Assembly: GCA_018398765.1 (NCBI GenBank)
Contig: JAHBMJ010000102.1
Coordinates: 1-58,234 of the forward strand
DNA length: 58,234 nt
From: Chromera velia
Taxonomy: Eukaryota
Direction of reading: 5' to 3'
Of the stretch, positions 39,689-50,396 are shown one piece after another. A program made the translations under genes and the position numbers. The notes beneath the pieces are model-generated. The model saw only the letters and a program-made list of their open reading frames with translations, ran no database searches and was not told the origin of the DNA. The first letter of the stretch is position 1. Every line of letters starts with the position of its first letter.

Positions 39689-41275
39689 ATGCGATTTATC
39701 CGTCTCCTCTCCCCCCTTCCAGGCGGCCTCTCTCTGTCTCTCTCGGCTTCCGTCCTCACCCTGACCGTGCTGCTCCTCCTGTCTGGAGCCCACGGCCAGG
39801 GGTACGGGAACGGAATTTCAAAGATGACGTTCTCCGTCTCGGATCCCCGTGAGTGTGCGTCCTTCCTCGAGAAGTATCTTCCCGTAGAGGAAGAGAGAGA
39901 CAGCTGCCCCGGGGGGATCTGTCCGTGTGCCACTCAGGGCAGGGTCGCCTTATTCTATGATCCCCCGCAGTCCGGCGTCTCCATGCACTCTGCTGAAACA
40001 GAGAGGGAGACGGGCATGAATTCGAAGGAACACTTCGGCATCCACGCGATCAATTGCTCTCAGCACGAGACGGGAGATTTTCCTCTGAAGGAGATGGAGG
40101 AGCAGGTGACGCACGCAATCGGAAATTAGGATCGTTACTCTGGATTCATGGACTTTAAATTGGGTCTGTGGGCTGAAGGTGCTTTGTTTGACTCTGTGGT
40201 TGGTTCTCTTTTGGGAGACGGCGTGCCTGTGTGGGGATCTTCGTGGAAGGAGACGGCAGGAGGAGACGGAGACGGGGAGACGGAGGAAGAGTACTTTTCG
40301 GCTCTTTTCCGTCCCTGCAGTGGTTTGATGTTTATTGAGTTGATCACAAACAGAACCAGCCTCTCGGGAGACATCCTGAAGTTCCACCAAGCCCCAATGC
40401 CCCGAGTGAACGTGACAGAGGCTGTCGGGGTCATCCACTCAAGTGCTCCCCTGTCTCCTGTGGTGGTGTCGAGGGGGACACGGAGGATCCAGGAGGTCAG
40501 AAAGTGGTACACGGAGGTGCTGGAAGGTGTGTGTGTGCAGGAGAAAGAAAGGTGCATGAGGAAGAATGAACGAAGGAAAAATACAAGATTTATGCTGCGA
40601 AGAGTGAATGAAAAGGAGGCCCGAGGAGAAGGAGGTATCAGGACCGTTGCTGGGGTGTCTTCTGGAGGGGCAGGCGAGAGGAGGATGTGCCTTCTTTTCT
40701 CTTCCATTTTTGTTTTCATTTCCTGTATGGGTCTGCATCTCTTTTTTCTGCGTGTTGTCTCTTTTTGAGTTTTCCCGTCGTTTCTGTGTGGATGGAGGGA
40801 GCTCGGTGAGTTCTGCCTGATCTCATCAGAGCTGAGCTAACGTTTGCACAGAGGCACAAGAAAACACACAAAAGAAGGGCCATCGCGAAAAACATGTCAG
40901 AGGGAAGGAACGAAAACAAAAAGAAAAAGCAGCGGCAAGATACAAAGCCTTCATCAAGACAGCACCGTATCTGGCTGGATTCACTTGAAAAGAAGTCCTT
41001 TGAAAGCCCTCCGATCGTCCTTCTTCCTTCCTTCGCTCCCTCCCTCCCTTCCTCCCTCCCTCTGGGTGCGTGCAGCTGAGGTCCTCTTCGATGGTGTCAG
41101 GGAGGAAGAGGAAGAGGAAGAAGGAGGCGACGGCACCCAGAAGAAGAACGTGAAAGTACGGGCGCTGTGCCTGAGGCTGCGGGAGGGGACGCCCTTCAAG
41201 GTGCAGCTGTGGTTCTTTCAGAGGGAGGGAGCAGAAGAGGGACAGCGAGAGGAAGAAGAGAAGAAGAGGTAAGTA

Positions 41276-41306
<31 letters not shown>

Positions 41307-41390
41307 CGAGAGCGAGAGCGGGAGACAGAGAGACAGAGAGACAGCCAGAGCGAGAAAGAGAGAGACGGAGAGAGACAGAGAGAGACAGAG

Positions 41391-41437
<47 letters not shown>

Positions 41438-41774
41438 CAGACACGGACAGACACGGACAGACACAGACAGACACAGACTGACACAGACACAGACAGACAC
41501 AGACAGACACAGACACAGACAGACACAGACAGACACAGACAGACACAGACAGACACAGACAGACACAGACAGACACAGACAGACACAGACAGACACAGAC
41601 CGACACAGACAGACACAGACCGACACAGACCGACACAGACGGACACAGACAGACACAGACAGACACAGACAGACACAGACAGACACAGACAGACACAGAC
41701 AGGCAGGCAGACACAGACAGACACAGACAAACACGAAGACAAACAGAGACAGAGACAGAGACAGAGACAGAGAC

Positions 41775-41809
<35 letters not shown>

Positions 41810-42659
41810 CAGACACAGACACAGACACAGACAGAGACAGAGACACAGACAGACAGACAGACACAGACACAGACACAGACACAGACAGAGACATAGACAG
41901 AGACAGCGACAGCGACAGCGACAGAGACAGAGACAGAGGCAGAGGCAGAGACAGAGACAGAGACAGAGACAGACAGAGAAAGAGACAGACAGAGACACAG
42001 ACAGAGACAAAAGGCCACAGATACACAAAAAGACAAAGGTCGAAAGACACACGCTTTGCCACGACACTCGCTCGATCCTCCTCGTGACCCCATCCATTTG
42101 AGAAAATAAAGTGAATGCCTGAAAGATGCCTCCATGCATGCATTCATGCCCTTCCTACAGGTCCCTCAACCCCTCTGAGGCCCCTCTCACCGTGGGGTCT
42201 CTGGAGAATTCCATCCTCTCCCTCCACGCCAACATCTCCCAGTCTACCGTGTGCGGCTTCGACCAGTACTCAGACTTCCACTTCGCCTACGACCAGGGAG
42301 GGCCCAGGGGCATGCCGGGGTCCTTCCTGGATCCCTTTGTGGAGAGGGCCCTCAACGTGGACTCCCCTCTGCCTGTGCAGATCTGGAGAATGCCCAGAGG
42401 CCCGCTGGTGCATTCTCTGTCTTCATTGAGGAGCCGGCCTCCGGGGGCGTACTTCATCTACATGACCGACCCGACTGGGTGGACTGTGCAGCTGAATGGG
42501 CCTCTGAAGGAGGTGACTGCGTTCCTGCCTGAGGGAGTTGGGGAGGAGGATGTGCCTTCGTACAAGGCCACGTGTGAGGATTCTGTCTCTGGATGCAAGG
42601 GGGAGGGATTGTGCTCTGTGAAGGTGGAGGAGGAGACTGAGAAGGTTCAGTTCTATTAG
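39689..42659 (+). pseudogene. Secreted VOC/glyoxalase-like protein (exons 39689-40526, 41076-41268, 42161-42659) with an in-frame TAG at 40127-40129
   Basis: N-terminal signal peptide (VLTLTVLLLLSGAHG). VOC-like motifs MTFSVSDP..SFLEKYL, IQEVRKWYTEVL and YFIYMTDPTGWTVQL. Intron phases are consistent. ORFs 39689 and 40148 are in the same frame. Confidence 0.6.
41275..42010. repeat. Intronic compound microsatellite (AC, AG, AGACAC, AGACACAGAC)
   Basis: Directly visible. Confidence 0.95.
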
Positions 42660-42739
42660 GCGAGGAGGTAGAATTAAGGGGGCCTTCCTTCTCCTGGAAT
42701 TTCGGAGAGAAAGAAAAGGAGAAAGAGAAAGAAACAAGT

Positions 42740-42771
<32 letters not shown>

Positions 42772-43856
42772 GAAGGAAGGAAAGAAAAAGGGATGGGGGG
42801 GGAATTTGAAAGAGTGTGGAGATCGAGGACGGTAGAGGAATCGAAGAGGGGGCCAGTGGAGGTTGACCAGCGACAGAAAGAATCAGGATGCATGGTACCA
42901 GTCCGTATGCCACAACGGTAAATTGCACGATCGATAAGCAGGCAAAGCGCTGATCAAATCTTTCGTCTCTGAGTTTGGAGGGGGGGGGAAGTCGTGCGCT
43001 GAAACCAACTTTCCTCTTGCCGGCCGTGCGTTCATTTCGCTCTCTTTCATTAATAATTCATTGAAATCTCAAGGTTGTGTATCATGCTTCGTTGCAGAAC
43101 AAGTTTGATGAAAAAAAGGGGCTCTCTTCCAGATGACGCGTTGACCGCATGCGTTTCACTGTTCATGTTTGGATAAGAACCAAACCAGTCTGAGTCTATT
43201 TCTATCAGGTTTTTATACTTCGTCGTCTGACTGACGCTGTGGCCCTTCTTCCCTAAGTTCTGTTCTTGCGATCCTGCAGGGCTTAATTTGTGTATTTCTG
43301 TAAGATGTCACGGTGCGCTAATGTGCACGTTCTGTTCATCAACTCTCACAGAAGAGACAAGCCGTTCTGTGTTTCAATTTCGCATGCAATTCCCACAGAT
43401 GAATTAATTCTCGCAGAAATAGATGAATGGGGCGTGTGGCACCTTGAGCTTGACAGATGAGCGAATCAAAGCACCGGCCGCCTATTGATTCAAACACACC
43501 CGGCATGATCGGCGGCATCAATCCGGCCGTTGATAGAAATTCGAGCCCGTGGTTGCTTACGCTGCCTTTTTCTTCATTGCACGATTCTTTGCGTTGCATA
43601 AATCTACCAATCACTCTCCAGCCTACTAATTTTAATTCTGACACTTTCATTCGGGTCCCTAGAAGAGCCCTAGTTATCAATGCTATAATTACGAAATCAC
43701 TGCATAGTATGTAAATGTGTGGTAGGATGTCTGCATACATGAGGTAATATATACATTTGAGATCGATTTCAAATTTGAGGCATTTAATAGCATTTAATTG
43801 ATTTTGATATATTTTTAGACGTACTAAATTTCATGTATTTCGATCAACCGTGCTAA

Positions 43857-44424
43857 CCCTAATTTTATGGACCGACTTTGGACAGATGGATTTGTCCAAA
43901 ATGGCCTTGGACCGTCCATCTAGGACCTTTAGGCCACCTTGGGACTGATCGATCCATAAGTCACTAAGGAGGTTCTAGTTCGTGTTACTAACATAGGCTG
44001 CATAGCTAAATATGACGATTATGTTTCTAGCTAGGCTTTATTTTACAATATCTTATGTAGTTTCGTCACTATAGATGCTTTGGACTTTGGACATGTCCAT
44101 CTACCTTTGGACATGCATGTCTATCTAAAATCGTATGCATGTGGTTTTAGATGGACATGTCTAAAGGTAGATAGAGATGTTCAGAGTCTAAAGCATCTAT
44201 AGTGACGAAACTACATGCATAACTTATAACATAAGATATCGTAAAATAAAGCCTAGAAACATAATTGCCGTATTTAGCTATAATAGTAGCACTAGCTAGA
44301 ACCTCCTAGTGACTTATGGATCGATCAGTTCAAAGGTGGTCCAAACGTCCTAGATGGACGGTCCAAGGCCATTTTGAACTCTGTCCAAAGTTGGTCCATA
44401 TATACCGACTCCATAAAATTAGGG
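43857..44424. mobile_element. ~570-bp fold-back (near-fully palindromic) element / MITE
   Basis: The left arm ccctaattttatgga..aaaatggccttggaccgtccatctaggac..gtagtttcgtcactatagatgc..ctaaaa is the reverse complement of the right arm. Loop at ~44131-44144. Confidence 0.85.
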
Positions 44425-46094
44425 AACCCTTAGTAGACTACTAGATACTACTAGTAGTGTTAAGTATGAACGGCTAACCTGACATTTTTGCTAGCATTTA
44501 ACTTTGTGCAGTGAAAAAAACGGAGGGCTAGACGCTACTTGAACAAGTATAATTAGCTTTTTAATTAAGAGTTATAACGTTGTGGACTAATCTAATCTTT
44601 ATTGTATTGTATACTGTCGGTCTTGCACTCCAAGGGAAAATACGACTTTTTCAACCCGTACTTTGACCTCTCTGGATTTCAATCTTTTCGCGGGGCTACA
44701 TGGTCGAATTTATTGACCGTCGTCGTGCTGAGAACTCTAGTGAGAACTTCTGTTTACTTTTCCAGCCTACTGGCTTTCACTGCGACTTGAAGGCAGAGAC
44801 CTACTCCGTCTTATTCACCGTTCGCAAGGCAAAGACTAAGCAGCAGCTCATTGCTGCGAAGGTTCGACACCGTCTCTTCGAACAAGGTTCAGCCCCGCCT
44901 TCTGCAAACGTACCACCCCTACGGATGAACCAATTCCTGCAGCCTTCTGTCCAAGGATCTGTTGGGCCCTCCACACCTCCGCCGAAGCCCGCAGGCAAGC
45001 AGCTCAACTCTTCCATCAGCCCCTTAGGCTGCCAAACCAACCCATATCAGACTCTGCAATCGGGATCAGCCAAGCCTTGGGGTTGCCCGCTCAGCCGGCT
45101 CTCTTGCTGCAGTGCCTTTGGCCTCATGCCTAACAGCAAAAGGCTGTAGGAATACATTGTTAATGACACCGCAGATTTTGAACCAGCTTGGGGGGGGTGC
45201 GTCCAGCAGAGGGAAGAAAAAGAATACAAAAGGAAAAAAAGGAGGGAAGGCCGAAGCAGACACAGAAGGGGGTGGAAGTGAAGAAGGGATAACATAGAAG
45301 AAAGACGTAGGAGAGGGTTAGAGAGCAAACAGAAAAGAAGGTAAACCTTTTTTCGACAACACAGGTGTAAGGTATTGGAAGGAAGGAGGGCTTCAGATAG
45401 AGGAGGTAGTTTTTATGGGGAGTGCAGGGTTCTTATCCTTCTGGTCCTCCTTTATTTTTTCTTCCTTTCTCTGGGTGGTGAGTGAAGAGGGAGAGGAAGA
45501 AAGTAGGGGTGGGGGGGGCGTGTAAACTCTATAAATCCCATGATTGCCCTCCTTTGGTTTTGTTGCCCTTCCATGGTCCCGCTGGGTGTGTGTGGGGAAG
45601 AAGAAGACCAGGGAGAAGACCACTGAGGGGGTGGTCTTTTGTGTATTGCAGGTTTGTCTTCTTCGAGCCCATCACCCAGGCGGGCCTCCCAGGCGGGAAG
45701 AGACGCAAAGAGGCTGAAGGACAAGGGAGTGTCTCTAAGACTTGCTCCTCTTGAAGAGAAACAAATGTCGTTAGTTTTCTCGGGGCTGCTAGTTTCTGGT
45801 CGACTCAGTGTGGCCTTGCTAAGCAAGCTTTCTCGTGATCGCTCCTAGGCTAGCAATGCATATATGCTCAGACTGCCCTTTGCTATTGGGATATGATGGC
45901 TGACGGATTAAGTCACCTCATCACCATCATTATCACTGTATTATATTTAATGTTTTAATGTATTGTATACTATAGGTAGTATAACATGACTATCTCTACT
46001 TCCTATCTAGCTTCCTTTAAGTTTCTTTTAGTTTCTTTTTATCCCTTAGTATACTATTAGATTCTAGACTAGATTGTGGACTAGATTCCAGTAT

Positions 46095-46462
46095 ACCCTG
46101 TAAGGACTTAGGAATTTAGACAGGAATTTAGAGGAACTTAGACAGGAATTTAGCTAGGAATCTAAAGGAATTTAGACCTCCAAATTCCTAAATTTTGGAA
46201 GTCGATTTCTCGTGAACTACTAGGTGAACTATGATGAGTTAGAACTTGATATTAACGGTGCTTATAGACCTATATTAGAGCTATAAGCACTGTTAAAATC
46301 AAGTTCCAACTCATCATAGCTCACGAGAAATCGACCTCCAAAAATTGCTAAATTCCTCTAAATTCCTGTCTTTAAATTCGTTTAGATTCCTAGTTAAATT
46401 CCTCTAAATTCCTGTCTAAATTCTTCTAAATTCCTGTCTAAATTCCTAGGTCTTTGCAGGGT
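46095..46462. mobile_element. ~370-bp fold-back element with subterminal AGGAATTTAGAC-type tandem repeats
   Basis: accctgtaaggacttaggaatttagacagg... pairs with ...cctgtctaaattcctaggtctttgcagggt. The inner arms gtcgatttctcgtga / tcacgagaaatcgac also pair. Centre ~46272. Confidence 0.87.
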
Positions 46463-46911
46463 GGGGGAGCCTGCAGCCACGCATACCATCACGCACCGCC
46501 CGGTACCACTGATCGATTTCCTCTTACGGCTCGCACCTCCACCTATGGGGGAAGGTAGGAGCTCTGCCTAGAGCTGTGCACCGAGTCAGATGATGTATAA
46601 GACAGACAAACGATGTAAGGCTGAAAGGTTCCTGCTAGGCAGGACGGGAGTTTGCACTGCAGTGATTCCGTCGCTCTTCAGAAACTGACAACAATTCATT
46701 CCAGTCTAAACAAGCAAGCATTCGAGCAACAATTAAATCAATTAAGCAGGCCTTTACGTAGACTTCGCGGCCGCCCTACTCTGTCCCCCTTCATGCGGCT
46801 GCGCCCTCGCTCGCTTTCTGAATCATGGAACGGGCTCTACTGCGACGACCGGCAGACAAAGTTCTCTGAGCAGAGGGTTCCTTCCTTCTCGGCAGCTGGG
46901 GCAGTTACCTC

Positions 46912-48281
46912 CTAGATCTCTTCGTCGCGCGCCAAAAAGACAACAGACACAACGGCCTCCAACTGATCCCGCTCATCTTCTTCACACGAAAGTCTGCCGT
47001 CCGACTCTATTTGCCGGTCAATGGTTTCTCCATCTGGTTTGTCTGCTGTCGCAGTTGCTTCATGCGGTGGGGGGGCTTCTTCCATCTGCACTAGCTGCAT
47101 CTGGAGAGCCCCCCTCGACAACAGCAGCAGCAGCAGCAACAGTAGCAGGAGCTCCCCTCTGACCGGCGGCAGTCGGGGCCTGGGGCGGTCGCGGGGACAG
47201 ATGTGGAGAATTCGAAGGGGGTGACGGGGAGGCACGGGGGATCATCGGGGAACCGTTACGGGAAGGGGGTCTAGCCCCCCCCCCCCCNTCTCTCTCTTTC
47301 TCTGTGCGGGGGGTGGGCATGGGGTGGGGGGACGCGTCGTTCGTCTGCAGCTGTCGCGGTAGACGGCGGACGACAACTTGAAGAAGAATTTGCGTTGGCC
47401 CGCAGGGTGAACACGATTTCCTCGTTGGGAGAGACGAAAGTCAACGCGAAGAGCCCCGCCCTGCAGGCACGCAGAAGGAGGCACAGCTCTCTCAAACAGA
47501 AGAAGAAGCTAGGCTTATTGCCGATGGATGCGCCTGAGAACCCATGCATTCAACTCCACCTACTCTGTTTTGCAGTTGAATCCGACCGATGGATTTTTCT
47601 TTCCCTCAGATTTTTCTTTGTGCCCCGAGAGAGATACTGCTTTCCCTTCTTTTCTTTTCTTTTCTTTTCTTTTCGTGCGTGTGTGCGGGCGACTGAGGTC
47701 GGTCAAGAGAGAGCAGAGGAATGCATTGATTGATCTTCATTCAAGTTGCCCCCATGCAGACATGCAGACATGGGAAGCAAGCAGCATACGCACAAGGGAA
47801 GAGGAAATGTATGTGAATTCCTGTTTAGTTCGCTTTGGGATGACAAAAAGAGTCCCCCTAGCTGTCTCGCACGAACCAACCAACCAACCAACCAACCAAC
47901 CAACCAACCAACCTGGGGAGTCCGTTGCAGAGAATCATTCTGGCCTCGCAGCTCGCCTGCCCAGACTCAACGCGATCACATCTCTTCCTCGCATACCGAG
48001 CAGCGCACTTCTCATCCGTCATCACGAAGAGGAAGGAACCGAAGCAGAGAGTCTGCAGACAGATAGACAGACAGACAGGCAGACAGGCAGGCAGACAGAC
48101 AGACACAGGCAGGCAGGCAGGCAGACAGATAGACAGACAGACAGACACAGGCAGGCAGGCAGGCAGGCAGGCAGACAGATAGACAGATAGACAGACAGAT
48201 AGACAGACGGATAGACAGACAGATAGACAGACAGACAGGCAGGCAGAAAGATAGACAGATAGACAGACAGATAGACAGACG

Positions 48282-48314
<33 letters not shown>

Positions 48315-49558
48315 GGGAGGAAAGACATGGTATGAGAATATATGCAGATTTATTTGACTTGCACTCATTGACATCGGCAGAAAGAAAAGAAACCCCACCC
48401 CAAAACAGATACAGAGATCATCAATCGAAGAACCAAACTGAGATGGGAGGGAGGGAGGGAATTGAGGCCCGGCCAGCTCACGGGCGGCGGAGACTTTTCC
48501 TCTTCTTGCTGCTGCGCCTGCTCCTGCTCCTGGGTGTCTCTTTCAGTGTCCCCCCGCTGGCTGTGCTCGCAGTCGTAGACGTCTCCCCAGATCTCTGCGA
48601 CCAGCTCTCCAGGTCTGAAGGAGGTGCGGCTGAAGAGTCCCACCGGCAAGCCGCCGTCTCCGTCTCCCGACAGCAGCCTGGAGGCCCGGACCTCCACCCC
48701 CGACGGCTGCTGCACTGGCTTCCATAAACCCCCAGCGAGTAAGTCCAGGTATGGAATGCTGCACCCATTCGCACTTGCACAACCACTCGCTCCCCTGTCA
48801 GAGCTACAGGCGGCCCTGCACGCAAGCATGCACGCATTCAACAGCAGGAGGGTGATCGTTCGTTCGCTCAGTCGATCGAGTGGACATTGCAGTGTTGCAA
48901 AGAAGTGAGTGACCCTTCTCCACACACCCGGCCATCAAATGACCGGACCCCGAATCAGTGCACGCTACCGCAAGGAAGATCGTGAAAACGGGGGCAGCAG
49001 GGAACGAAAGAAAGAGAGTCAGCTAAATAATGACGAAACACCGGAACGCACCCCGAAAAAGCGATTTTTGAGCGGCCTTTCTAGCTGTGGCTACAGCTTG
49101 ACAGCTGGGCTAGGCGATCAATCAGTCAGTCTATCAATCGATCAATCAATTGCGGCGATGGACTTTCGAGAGATCCGCTGGAGACTTCTCCTCAGAAAAA
49201 ATAGACAGACAGACAGACGGGTTGAACGCTTTTGAACAAGTCCAGAATTAATGCATCGATCGACGTTTTATCCGCAGAGGGGGTATTGTATGTCCATTTG
49301 AGGGAAACCACGACGACGCAGAGAATTTGTGGAAGAGTGCGCAGTTGACACTGTGTGCACGTGAGAAACACAGATGGAAAGGAACCACAATTTAGAAGAG
49401 AGCCCTCGACACAAACCAGACAGAAGAGGGAAACCGGACGCATGCATCCTCGCTGCGGACCTTGAAGCAAGAATGCGTGTTCTCTGGTCACGCGGCCCTC
49501 CTGTCAGGCTCTGTTGCACTTCCCCGTTCTGTCGCGATTCCGCTGGAGCTGCAGCCAG
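46912..49558 (-). pseudogene. SET-AP2 family unit A: divergent SET-like exons, AP2 part missing
   Basis: GVEVRASRL..VGLFSRTSFRPGELVAEIWGDVY; exon 48052-47913 (TDEKCAARYARKR..SCEAR); exon from 47460 (RAGLFALTFVSPNEEIVF). Paralogous to unit B at ~4.26 kb offset. Stops at 46912 before any AP2 domain. Confidence 0.6.
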
Positions 49559-49588
49559 CAGGGAGGTGGAGGAGGAGGTCGGTAGAGA

Positions 49589-49622
<34 letters not shown>

Positions 49623-50396
49623 GACTGGTTGGTTGGCGAGAAGGAATCTCTGACGAGTAAGAGTGCACTGGCTGGGCTGGGGAACGATCGAAGAAAGAAG
49701 GAGAGGGAGAGGAAAGGAAAGGATAGGGCGAATCAAACCAGTGAAAGAAAGAGAGACGCGGACGCTTCTCTGAAGGAAGGGGTGCAGGGGGACGGTCGCT
49801 CTGATAGGCAGGCAGGAACGTCGGACCCACAAAGGAAGGGCGCAATTTCTTTCTTTTCGCTCAGGTTCAGGAGTGCGTGCCACCCCTTTTGCGATCAGAC
49901 CATGCGGATAGAAAGCATCTCGCAAAGAGATTGAAAAAAAAAAGCAAGGTTGATATCGCTTACACCAAGAGACGGAAGAAGGCCTTCCTAAAAGCAAGAA
50001 AGAAAAAAGAAAACCAACGAGAGACCCTGAAAAGCAAGAAAGAAAAAAGAAAATCAACGACGAACCCTGAAAATTGATCCCCTCAGGCGCAGAAATCTGC
50101 ACACAGAAAGAAAGCCGCCGTGAGAAAAAAGATACGCGAGGGCACGAAAAAAAAAAAAGAGAGAGGCTGAAGAGACCGAACACGGCAAAAGACAAAGAGA
50201 GAAACAGCCATGCACAGAAACAGACGATCGATGCCACGGGGCCGGGGACACGAACTACGGACTTCGAAGGCGAGGAAGGAACAAGAAAGGGTTGAGGCAG
50301 AAAATGCAATGAAGACGGCAAAAGGAAGGAAAACCAGAGGGAAAAAACAATAGATCGAAAAGGGGACACGACTACGCTGAAAGACTCTCCACAGAC

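Noticed and set aside
40826..42147. Long minus-strand ORFs (437, 315, 309 aa)
   Set aside because: Translations of an intronic microsatellite.
45600..45850. VVSFLGAASF and GRRP..GG as retroelement pol or endonuclease motifs
   Set aside because: Too short and in broken frames to assign a family.
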